From: Phycisphaerae bacterium
GTDB taxonomy: Bacteria > Planctomycetota > Phycisphaerae > UBA1845 > Fen-1342
Direction of reading: 5' to 3'
DNA: 64,000 nt
Assembly (NCBI GenBank): GCA_050115495.1
Contig: JASFQK010000010.1
Span: 32,001-96,000 of the forward strand
A model generated the notes under the pieces. The model was not told the DNA's origin and did no database searches. It saw nothing but the letters and a program-made list of their open reading frames with translations. Position 1 is the stretch's first letter; each line of letters opens with the position of its first letter. The position numbers were made by a program, and so were the translations under genes. Shown here piece by piece: positions 9,054 to 18,012 of this stretch.

Positions 9054-12000
9054 CTACGGATTTGACAGCAGGTCCACGAACGGGCTGATGTCGAAGTTGT
9101 CGACGGCGCCGTCGTTGTTCACGTCACCCAGCATGTGGTCGCAGTCGGGGTACAGGGCGTAATACTCGGGGTAGTCCGGCGGCGTGGCCGTCAGAGCCAC
9201 CACGAACGCCCGGATGTCGAAGTTGTCGACGGTCCCGTCGCAGTTGAGGTCGCCGGGCACGAACACCGAGTTGCATTGGAACGCGGTCAGCTCGATGTCA
9301 TCGACGTTCCAGCCGCAGAACTGCCACGAGGTGTCCGTGGTGCCCATCGTCCAGCGGAGGTAGAGCGTCGGCTCATCGTCGGCGATGTCGGCGATGTCGA
9401 AGGTCATCTGCGTCCAGGCCGTGTCGGCAACCTGCCCGCCGTTCTCCCACAGCGTGGTCCACGAGCTGCCGTTGGTGCTCACGCGGAAGTAGGCGTGATC
9501 CCAGGTGGGCGTCTCGACGCCCAGCCAGCGCCAGAAGCTCAGCGTCGTGGATTCACGGCCGGCGCAGTCGATGGCCGTGCTGGTCAGGTGCCGCTCGGAC
9601 AGGTTGTTCTCGTAGTCGCCGCTGAGGTTGTAGCCGTAGACGTAGGACCCCGTGTAACCGCTGGTCGGGTCCGGCCCGCCGTACTGTCCGCCGCCGCCGG
9701 TCGGTGTGCCGAAGGCCCACAGGCCCTGCGTGGTCCAGCCCGGGTTGCTGTCGAGCATCTCCGAGTAGAAGGCGCCGATCACGCCGATGTCGAAGGAGAA
9801 CGTGCTGTCCGGGGCGCCGGGCGGCAGCGTGCGCACCGTGCCCAGACTACCTTCGGCCTGGACGTAATACTCGGGGTTGTGCAGGCAGTTCACACGCGGC
9901 AGGTCGGCCGTGTAGCGATCGCCCTCGACGTACGTGAGCGGGATGGCGTGGAACTCGCCGGGCCCGTAGCGGTAGTATAACGTCTCGCTGCCGGGCACGA
10001 TCGTCTCGGTGCCGGGGATGATGTCGGCCGTGACCGTCGGCAGTGTTCCGGGCGACACCAGGCCGCTCGGCCCGCTGATAAGGCGGAGCGTGAACGGCGG
10101 CGGCTCGGCCGTTCCGCCGGTGACCACCAGGGCATAATCGGCGTCCACCTGGCCGGTCTCGACGTGGCTGTCTTCGTTGATCTCGTCGGCGATGACCTCG
10201 ACGATCCACTCGCCGTTTTCGGGGTTGGGGATGAAGACGTTCTCAACCGTGTCGAGCGTGTTGGAGACGCCGTCGGCCGTCGAGACGTTGCCGCTGGTCA
10301 GCCCGTTGTTGCCCCAGTAGATTGTGCCGCTGGGACTGTAGACCCGCAGCGAAAGGTCATTGATGCGGTGCTCGCCCGCGCTGGGGTTGCCGCGCGGGTC
10401 GGCGTAGACGAGGGTCGCCCGGAAGTTCGGCTCGTCGGGGGCGACGTTGATGCTGTATTGCGTCGAGCCCAGCTCGGTTAGCACGTCCGTCTCGTCCACG
10501 ATCAGCATGAGGTCGCGGATGTCGTAGAGCTCCTCCAGGTTGGGTACGCCCCAGCCCTGCTTGTAGCGGTCGATGTCGCCGTTCGGGCCGCCCGCCAGCC
10601 AGTTGTAGCGGTAGGCGGTGTTGATCATGACGGCCTTGGCCGTGGTCATGTGCGGCCGGTCGTCGAAGACCGACAGGCCACCGCCGAAGCCGGGGAACAC
10701 GCCTTCGTGCCACATCTGGAAGAACAGGCCGAAGTGGCCGGCGATGCTGGGGGTGGCCCCGCTCGTCCCGCCGAACTCGGTGTAATCATTGCCCGTCGCG
10801 GTGGTGTAGGTGTCGTCGTAGAAGAACGAGAGATCGGGCTTGATGCGGCCGTCGTCGGCCGGGCCGATGCTGCCGCTGTAGTCCCAGTGGTCGTCGGACC
10901 GGTCGAGCGTATTGTAGTGCTTGAACGCGCCGCCGGAGACGATGTTCTTCGCCCAGGCCTGCGGGCGGGAGTCCTGGTTGCCGGCGTTGGACTGCGACTG
11001 GCAGATCAGGATGTCGTAGAGGAACAGGATGTCGTCCATCTCGGCCGAGATCGTCGTGTAATAGTACGTGCGCGAATCGCCGGTGCTGTTCGTCTGGAAG
11101 ACGGCGCGGTAAGGGCCGGCCGGATCAACCAGCTCTGCCGTGCGTGTGTAGCGCGTCGTTCCGCCGCCGAGCAGGCTGCTGCTCTGGGAGTAGATGCCGG
11201 TGCCGTCGGGGAGCAGGCCGCGGGCCTGCGGGACCACGCCCTGGGCGAAAAGGACGCCGTAGCAACTGGAGCCGTGGGGCGGGTAGACGTCGCCGGCGAT
11301 GTGGATGAGCGGCGGCTGCGACCACTCCTGGTGGTCCAGGTCGAGCTCGGTGTCGGCGACCTCGCCGCGCACGCCCTGACCGGTGAAGCCGAGCGTGTTC
11401 TCGATGTAGTTCGCCCCGCCCGTCTGGCGGACGATATCCATGTCCACCTCGAGCTGGCCCTTGCGGTCGATGAACATGACGTCGTCGAGGCCGGCCAGCG
11501 CCAGCACCTGCTCGAGCGACAGCGTGGCTTCGATGCGGAAGCCCGCCGGCGTCGTGCCGTGCACCGTCCCGCCCAGGCCGTCGATCACGCTGCAGACGCG
11601 ATCCTGCGCCGCCGTGCCGCGCTCGTAGAGCATGATGGAATAGCGCCGCGGCTCGACCTGCTCACCGGTGGCCAACTGATCCAGGATCACCCCTTCCAGC
11701 TTGTACGCCGGCTGCACGGGCCCGACCCAGCGCACGAACGGCAATCCGGCGACGGCGTCGCGGACGCCCGCGGCCATGCGCACCACGTAGGCGTGGTCGG
11801 GCTGGAAGATCAGAATGTCGACGCCCAGGTCGCGCAGGGCCTGGCGATAGCCGTCGAGCGGCTGCGTGACGAACTGCACGTAGTACAGCTCTGACTCGGG
11901 CCGGGCTTGCAGGTACGGCGGGACCACCGCCGCGCCGACCGCCGGATCGAACCGGGCGCAGTGCAGCTTCAGGTCGTACGTCGCTTCCCGCACGCGGGAG

Positions 12001-12299
12001 AACGTTTGGCCGTCGAGGCTGATGGCGCAGAAGTGTGTGCTCTCGCCGTTGGTTCCGAGCTCGTCCCAGACGGCAGCAACGCCCGGCGAATCGGGGATGG
12101 CCACCAGTTGTGCGTGAGCGACTTCATTGGTCGTGGCGTGGAAGGGCAGTGCCCCGTCCAGGGCCAGCGTCGTCTGCGCCAGACCCGGCCGCACGACGAG
12201 CGCCGGCTGGAGATCCTGGGCGGCCAGGGGAACGGCGATCAGAGCCAGGAGCACGATCGTCCCGGCGAGTCTGCCGAGCCGGAGTGTACGCGCGGTCAT
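9054..12299 (-). CDS. Secreted S8 (subtilisin-like) serine peptidase with C-terminal beta-sandwich and dockerin-like repeats
   Basis: Signal peptide; catalytic D (VADTELD), H (PHGS) and S (GGTSGATP); RIKPDL; QGWG; two repeats GDLNCDGTVDNFDI and GDVNNDGAVDNFDI. Confidence 0.9.
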   Translation of the reverse strand: MTARTLRLGRLAGTIVLLALIAVPLAAQDLQPALVVRPGLAQTTLALDGALPFHATTNEVAHAQLVAIPDSPGVAAVWDELGTNGESTHFCAISLDGQTFSRVREATYDLKLHCARFDPAVGAAVVPPYLQARPESELYYVQFVTQPLDGYRQALRDLGVDILIFQPDHAYVVRMAAGVRDAVAGLPFVRWVGPVQPAYKLEGVILDQLATGEQVEPRRYSIMLYERGTAAQDRVCSVIDGLGGTVHGTTPAGFRIEATLSLEQVLALAGLDDVMFIDRKGQLEVDMDIVRQTGGANYIENTLGFTGQGVRGEVADTELDLDHQEWSQPPLIHIAGDVYPPHGSSCYGVLFAQGVVPQARGLLPDGTGIYSQSSSLLGGGTTRYTRTAELVDPAGPYRAVFQTNSTGDSRTYYYTTISAEMDDILFLYDILICQSQSNAGNQDSRPQAWAKNIVSGGAFKHYNTLDRSDDHWDYSGSIGPADDGRIKPDLSFFYDDTYTTATGNDYTEFGGTSGATPSIAGHFGLFFQMWHEGVFPGFGGGLSVFDDRPHMTTAKAVMINTAYRYNWLAGGPNGDIDRYKQGWGVPNLEELYDIRDLMLIVDETDVLTELGSTQYSINVAPDEPNFRATLVYADPRGNPSAGEHRINDLSLRVYSPSGTIYWGNNGLTSGNVSTADGVSNTLDTVENVFIPNPENGEWIVEVIADEINEDSHVETGQVDADYALVVTGGTAEPPPFTLRLISGPSGLVSPGTLPTVTADIIPGTETIVPGSETLYYRYGPGEFHAIPLTYVEGDRYTADLPRVNCLHNPEYYVQAEGSLGTVRTLPPGAPDSTFSFDIGVIGAFYSEMLDSNPGWTTQGLWAFGTPTGGGGQYGGPDPTSGYTGSYVYGYNLSGDYENNLSERHLTSTAIDCAGRESTTLSFWRWLGVETPTWDHAYFRVSTNGSSWTTLWENGGQVADTAWTQMTFDIADIADDEPTLYLRWTMGTTDTSWQFCGWNVDDIELTAFQCNSVFVPGDLNCDGTVDNFDIRAFVVALTATPPDYPEYYALYPDCDHMLGDVNNDGAVDNFDISPFVDLLSNP

Positions 12300-12540
12300 C
12301 CTGTGTTCCTCCTTGCGGGAGAGGCGGTGTGGGCCTCGATTGGCGGTGGTTGAATTGGCACCTCAGCGCATTACGCGACGGGACGACATACGCCTGCCCT
12401 CCCGTCATTGGCGTCTTTCCGCATAATCGCCGGTCGACCGGCCCAAAGCAACAGCAAAGTGCGCGGGCCGGGTACGTTGAGACCGGCGGTGGGGCCCCCT
12501 GTTAAGGTCCGGTAACCGTAACGCCGACCGGCCGTCGCCA

Positions 12541-14796
12541 TCAATGCGCGGCCACCGGCCGCGCGGCGCCACGTCGAGCGCAGGCTGCGTCGCGGTGCAA
12601 CGCCGCGTCGATCGCGCTGAGCAGGGCCTGCATGGCGAACGGCTTGCCGAGGAAGGCGACGGGTTCGGCCTCACCGCAACGGATGGGCGTCTGCTCGTGG
12701 CTGTAGCCGCTGGCGACGATGACGGGGATACCCGGCCGGATGTTGACCATCTCGCGGAACACATCCGCACCGCCGAGCCCCGGCATGGTCATATCCAGAA
12801 TGACCAGGTCGATATCGGCGGCGTGGTCTCGGAAGCAGTCGATGCCGGCCTGGCCGTCCGGAGCGGTTAGCACGGCGAGATCGCGCGTGCTCAGCATGTC
12901 CCGGATCACCTCACGGACCTCTTCCTCGTCGTCGATGACCAGCACGAGCGGCTGACCCTGTTGGCCCGGGCGCTCGCCGGCTGCACCGGCCACCCCGGAA
13001 GGCGCCTGCTGGATCGGCAGGGCAATGGTGAACCGCGTGCCTTTTCCCGGCTCGCTCTCCACGCGTACACCTCCGTGGTGGGCTCGCACCACTCCATGCA
13101 TCGCCGAGAGTCCGAGGCCGCGCCCGGTACCCTTCGCCGAGTAGAACGGCTCGAAGATGCGCTTGACCGTTTCTGGTGTCATTCCGCAGCCGGTGTCGTC
13201 CACGTGGATGGTGACGTACTTGCCGGCTGTCAGGCCCTGTCCAGAATATTTGCGCAGGATGTCCCCATCCGTCAACTCAATTAGCGAAGTACATAGGGTG
13301 ATACGCCCGGAATTTTCGCCGATGGCGTCGGCGGCGTTGACCAGCAGACTCGTCATTGTCTGCTGGAATTGTCCGGCATCGACGGCCACCAATGGCAGAT
13401 TGGCTTCGAGCTGTGTATCCAGCGTGATGCGGTCGGGAATCGCCGCTCGCATGAACTCGGCCGTGTCGCGAATCAGCCGATTCAGATCGAGCGCGTTGGG
13501 TTCGCAGGTGACGTGTCCAGAATAGGTTAGGATCTGCCGAATCACGCGGGAGGCCCGCTCGCAGGCCCGCACAATCCGCCGCAATCGGTCGCCGACCCCG
13601 CTCTCCGAAGGGACCTCGGTGAGGGCCAGGCAGGCGTGGCCCTGCACGCCGGCGAGGATATTGTTCAGGTCGTGAGCAATGCCGCCGGCGAGCAGCCCCA
13701 GGCTTTCGAGCTTCTGGGCCTGTTGAATTTGAGACTCCAGTGCTCGCCGTTCCTGTTCCGCCCGGCGGCGCTCCGACATGTCGCGAAACACCAGCACAGC
13801 CGCGAGGTGGTCCGGGCTTTCCGTCAGCGAGCTCAGCGAATAATCGACGGGGAACTGCGAGCCGTCTTCGCGCAGGAAGCTGGCCTCGCTGCGCAGGGCG
13901 CGGCCGCCGCCACTCAGCACGGCGCAGATGGGGCAGCCGTCACGGCCTGCGTCAGCCTCGTGCACCATCGTGGGGAAGAACACGTCGTGCGCCGAGCGGC
14001 CGATCAGTTGTCCGGTCGTCGTGCCCAGCAGGCGGGCCCCCGCCGGATTGACCAGCGTGATCCATCCAGCGGTGTCCACGCCGACGATACCCTCAGCGGC
14101 GGCGTCGAGGATGAGCTGCTGTTGCCGCGTCAGGCGGACCAGCTCTTCCTTGGCGCGCACGCGCTCGGTTACGTCGCGGGCCAGCCCGACGAGGATCTTC
14201 ACGCCGTCGTCGTGCAGCACGTTGATACTGATGTCCAGGTGGACGATGTGGCCGTCCTTGTGCCGGTGCGCCGTCGGGAAGTGGTGCAGGCCGGTGCGGG
14301 TGTGCGAGGGCACGCCGCCGCTGGGGTGCTCGTCCACTTCGAGGTCGCTGATGCGCATGCGCAGCAATTCGCCGGCGCTGTAGCCGGTCATAGCGCAGAA
14401 CGCCTCGTTTGCCTCGAGGAAGCGGCAGTCGGCGTCCACGACGAAGAAGCCGTCGATCGTGCTGCGCAGAATGGCTTCGTTTCGCCGGGCCAGGTTGCGG
14501 AACCGGTCGAGCGACGTGTCGAACTCGGCGGCGTCGTGCAGCACAACCAGCGCCGGCGGATCGCCACTCTCGGTGACGGCCAGCGGCAGAATGTCCACGA
14601 CGACCAGCGGCCGCTCCGGCTGAACGATGCTCAGCCGCCGCCGTGACCGCTCGCGACATGCCTCGTCCAACAGCCGCAGCAACTCCTCCTGCGATTCGGC
14701 GGGCAGATGTGCCATTACGCTACGCATGGCGGCGGGGTAGCCATCCATCGGCGAACCCAGGCACTTGCCGCTGCGATCCACCAGGGCCCAGTTCAT
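12541..14796 (-). CDS. PAS-domain hybrid sensor histidine kinase/response regulator
   Basis: Two PAS/PAC domains; GIAHDLNN; LLVNAADA; FEPFYSAKGTGRGLGL; receiver DLVILDMTMP; GGGGAGGA RBS. Confidence 0.93.
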   Translation of the reverse strand: MNWALVDRSGKCLGSPMDGYPAAMRSVMAHLPAESQEELLRLLDEACRERSRRRLSIVQPERPLVVVDILPLAVTESGDPPALVVLHDAAEFDTSLDRFRNLARRNEAILRSTIDGFFVVDADCRFLEANEAFCAMTGYSAGELLRMRISDLEVDEHPSGGVPSHTRTGLHHFPTAHRHKDGHIVHLDISINVLHDDGVKILVGLARDVTERVRAKEELVRLTRQQQLILDAAAEGIVGVDTAGWITLVNPAGARLLGTTTGQLIGRSAHDVFFPTMVHEADAGRDGCPICAVLSGGGRALRSEASFLREDGSQFPVDYSLSSLTESPDHLAAVLVFRDMSERRRAEQERRALESQIQQAQKLESLGLLAGGIAHDLNNILAGVQGHACLALTEVPSESGVGDRLRRIVRACERASRVIRQILTYSGHVTCEPNALDLNRLIRDTAEFMRAAIPDRITLDTQLEANLPLVAVDAGQFQQTMTSLLVNAADAIGENSGRITLCTSLIELTDGDILRKYSGQGLTAGKYVTIHVDDTGCGMTPETVKRIFEPFYSAKGTGRGLGLSAMHGVVRAHHGGVRVESEPGKGTRFTIALPIQQAPSGVAGAAGERPGQQGQPLVLVIDDEEEVREVIRDMLSTRDLAVLTAPDGQAGIDCFRDHAADIDLVILDMTMPGLGGADVFREMVNIRPGIPVIVASGYSHEQTPIRCGEAEPVAFLGKPFAMQALLSAIDAALHRDAACARRGAARPVAAH

Positions 14797-14858
14797 CAGG
14801 CGGTCCTCCCCGGGGCGACCACGTCGATCGGGCGTCCCTCATGTACCGGCTTCATTCC

Positions 14859-17321
14859 TCAATCCTCCTCCGTGACCCGCGTGTGCGCGAGGCACGCCGC
14901 GGCTTCATCGACGCGGCCGGCCAGGCGGAGCGCTTCCGCCTTCTGCCGCCACGCGGCGATCTCCATACTCCGATTCGCGTGCCGCCGGGCCAGCTCGATG
15001 CGGCGTTCCGCACAGGTCACCGCCGCTGTGCAGTTCGACAGCCGCAGGTTCAGGTCGGCCATGTACTCGTACACGCGTGCCAGACCGTTCCAGAAGCTCG
15101 TCTGCTCGAGGATGTTCAGCGCCGTGGCCAGCTCGGCCTTGGCTTCACCCAGCCGCCCCTGCAACAACGCACAATGCCCCACGTTCATATGGGCGATGCC
15201 CATGTTCACGTAGTCGTCGCTCTCCTGGGCCAGGCCCAGCGCCCGGCGGAAGTAGCCGCGAGCCTCTTCGTAGCGCTTCTGCTCGCGGAGCACGTGGCCC
15301 ATACCGTTGTAAGGCCCGATCAGCGCCACGATCGCGCCGTAGCGCTTGTGCGTCTCCACCGCTCGCAGGTACGTCTCTTCCGCCTCCGCCTGCCGCCCCA
15401 GTTGCAGCAGCACGAAGCCCAGGTTGTTCCGGATCGAGGCCAGCTCCGCCGTCATCCCCAGCCGCTCAGCCGCCTGCACGGCCCGCCGCAGGCAATCGTT
15501 CGCGGCGTCGTATTGCCCGCGGAAGTAGTGCATCGAGCCCAGGTTGGCCAGGGCCTCGACCTTCAGCCGTTTGTCCTTCCTCGTCTGGGCCAGTGCTTGC
15601 TGGCGCTGGTTGTAGGCGATGGCCTCGTCGTATCGTCCCATCCGGCCGCAGCACACGCCGACGAAACCGATCGCCTCGCCCAGCTCGGGCTCGAGGGCGA
15701 GTGCTTCCTCCGCCAACTGCATCGCCGTCGCGTAGTCGCCACGCAGAAACGCCCGCTTCGCTGAGAAGAAGCGTTCCTCCGCGGCCAGCCCGCCGACGCC
15801 CACAGCCCTCTTCGCCGGCGGTTCGATGCCGTCGCTCAGTCCGAGCGCCGCCGCCAGCCGCGTGCCCAACTCTGTCTCCAGGTCGGCCAGCGTGGACAGC
15901 GGCCCTTCGACCGCGGGCACGCCGGCGGCGTTGTCCTGACCGACCTGATGGATGCGGACTGCCAGCCGGATCGCGTCGCCCTGTCGGCGGAACGTGCCCT
16001 CCACCACGCGAGCCGCACCGCACAGCCGCCCCGCCTCCAGAAGCTGCCCGCCGCGCGGTCGGTCCGCCCGGGCGCGGATGTGTTCGAACGTCTCCAGGAA
16101 CTGGTCCGCGGCCACCACGTAAGCTTCCGGCGAACGGGCCAGGGTCCGAGCCAGGTGGTCCGCGACGGCGTGGCCCAGCCAGTCGTCGTCGGACGTTCCC
16201 GACTCGCTCTCGAACGGGAGCACCGCCAAGCCGTGTGCCGCCGGCGCCGTGCCGCCCATGCTCGTCGTGGCGGTGGGTCGCTCCGCGGGTTGTTCCAGGT
16301 GGGCGGCCAGCGTCGCGGCCGACTCGAAGCGGACCGATGGCTTGGGCGCCAGCAGCCGCAGAATCGTCTCGATCAACCAGTCGGGGATGTCCGTCGGCGC
16401 GTCCTCCGGCCAGGAGACGGCGTGTGGTCCACCCGCCAGGAGCGTGCGATAGACGCTGTTGCCGCGGGGCGGTCGGCCGGTCAGCAGCTCGAACGCGGTG
16501 GCGCCGAGGGAGTACAGGTCGGCCGCCGGCCCGATGTTCTGCGCGTCGGCCAGCACCTCCGGGGCGGCGTAGGCGAGTGTGCCGTCGCGGCCCTCGCCGG
16601 GGACCAGGGTCAGACGCGGCTGGGCATGCGCCAGACAAACCACGCCAAGATCCGCCACGCGGAGCCGGCCGTCGACACCCAGCAACAAATTGCCCGGCTT
16701 CACGTCGCGGTGGACCAAACCCGCCGCATGGATGGCTTCGAGTCCGCCGGCGGCGTCGAGGAGGAAGCGGATGACCTGTCGCCAGTCGGTGCGGGTTGTG
16801 CCGCCGACCGCGGGCGAGAGATCCGTCCCCTCGACGTACTCCATGACGAAGTACCACATGCCGTCGAGCTCGTCGCCATCGAGCACGCGGACGACGTTCG
16901 GGTGGTTCACGCGGAAGCCGGCGGAAGCCTCGTTGCGCAGCCGGCGGGCGGCGGCGTCACTGGCGTGCTGTACGCGATAGGGGAGCACCTTCACCACGCA
17001 GGGGTGGTTCAGGAACTCGTGATGGGCAAGGAACGTGAGGCCGTGCGCGCCACGGCCGATAAGGTCGACCAGCCGGTATCGCTCGCGAAGCACCGTTCCT
17101 GGCGAGAGAGGCAACGCCGCCGTCAGCACCTGCGTGGTGGGGGCCGGGCCGGCGATGCGCGGGAGGGCGACCAGGAAGCCGCACACCTCGCAGCGGCCGA
17201 GAGACGGTGCCACCGCCTGCAACGTTCCCGCCTCGCCGCAGTTCGTGCAGCGGCCGTTCTGCGCCGCCGGGCGTGAGCCCGGGGTCGACGTGGGGAAGCG
17301 ATGAGTGGAAGCGCCGGTCAT
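14859..17321 (-). CDS. Hanks-type Ser/Thr protein kinase with zinc ribbon, TolB_N-like middle domain and TPR repeats
   Basis: CTNC/CEVC; IGRGAHG; VVKVL; HRDVKPGN; ADLG; YAAPE; DLYSLG; LAVLPF..DDWLG; multiple TPRs. Confidence 0.93.
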   Translation of the reverse strand: MTGASTHRFPTSTPGSRPAAQNGRCTNCGEAGTLQAVAPSLGRCEVCGFLVALPRIAGPAPTTQVLTAALPLSPGTVLRERYRLVDLIGRGAHGLTFLAHHEFLNHPCVVKVLPYRVQHASDAAARRLRNEASAGFRVNHPNVVRVLDGDELDGMWYFVMEYVEGTDLSPAVGGTTRTDWRQVIRFLLDAAGGLEAIHAAGLVHRDVKPGNLLLGVDGRLRVADLGVVCLAHAQPRLTLVPGEGRDGTLAYAAPEVLADAQNIGPAADLYSLGATAFELLTGRPPRGNSVYRTLLAGGPHAVSWPEDAPTDIPDWLIETILRLLAPKPSVRFESAATLAAHLEQPAERPTATTSMGGTAPAAHGLAVLPFESESGTSDDDWLGHAVADHLARTLARSPEAYVVAADQFLETFEHIRARADRPRGGQLLEAGRLCGAARVVEGTFRRQGDAIRLAVRIHQVGQDNAAGVPAVEGPLSTLADLETELGTRLAAALGLSDGIEPPAKRAVGVGGLAAEERFFSAKRAFLRGDYATAMQLAEEALALEPELGEAIGFVGVCCGRMGRYDEAIAYNQRQQALAQTRKDKRLKVEALANLGSMHYFRGQYDAANDCLRRAVQAAERLGMTAELASIRNNLGFVLLQLGRQAEAEETYLRAVETHKRYGAIVALIGPYNGMGHVLREQKRYEEARGYFRRALGLAQESDDYVNMGIAHMNVGHCALLQGRLGEAKAELATALNILEQTSFWNGLARVYEYMADLNLRLSNCTAAVTCAERRIELARRHANRSMEIAAWRQKAEALRLAGRVDEAAACLAHTRVTEED

Positions 17322-17469
17322 TGGAATTCACGCAATCAGCTTGACAAAAGAGGCATTATCGGTACTTTAGAAACTGAGCGAGGTTGTTGAACGTTCATAG
17401 ACACCCAGGGAGCGCGTCTCAAAGCGCGCATCACAGGGACCCGTGGAAGGTCTGCGCTCCCATGGGGCA

Positions 17470-17499
17470 ATTATAGCCCGTTGCGCGCACCTCGTGCAA
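17470..17499 (-). promoter_or_regulatory. Sigma70-type promoter for the kinase operon (TTGCAC-N18-TATAAT)
   Basis: Perfect TATAAT and a near-consensus -35 on the minus strand, about 150 nt upstream of the kinase ATG. Confidence 0.5.
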
Positions 17500-17827
17500 G
17501 TGGTTCTGCCCTGCGGTTCCCTTCCGGAGTACCAGAGATGTTTCTGCAACTCACCGCCGGTGGCCTCGACGCCTTGCAGTCATTCATTGACATCATCACG
17601 CGTATGCTGGCAGGTGGCTAAATGATCGTCGTCATCACCGAAGTCGACCATATCGTCACCACCTGACCGATCTGAGGCCGGACCGTGCCGTGCGCGGTTC
17701 GGGCGTCAGCGGCGACGATCCGAAGAGAGGGAGCGGGGGCGCTATCGGCGCACACCGCGGCCTTCTATCCCCATCGATCAATCGAGTGCATGCGCTGAAA
17801 TTGTGTGCGCACTGCGGCGGTGACGGT

Positions 17828-17929
17828 ATGCCGACAGTGCCATGTTCTTCCTGCGCTGACGGAAACCCGTCGCGTTGTTGCGCATGGTGTGGGCCGCACG
17901 TTCTGCGCACGTGCCCCCATTTCGGTTGA
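17828..17929 (+). pseudogene. Possible double zinc-ribbon remnant or small Cys-rich ORF
   Basis: MPTVPCSSCADGNPSRCCAWCGPHVLRTCPHFG* matches the CxxC-xxxNP-CxxCG-CPxCG spacing, with the last Cys lost. Confidence 0.35.
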
Positions 17930-18012
17930 CGCGACTTGCGCGGGGGGCGTACGATCCGCTTGAACGTACGGGGTTGGAGTACGCCGCCTCGCAACGCACG
18001 GAAGCGCCCCTA

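Noticed and set aside
17587..17608. TTGACA followed by TATGCT
   Set aside because: The spacer is only about 10 nt, incompatible with a sigma70 promoter
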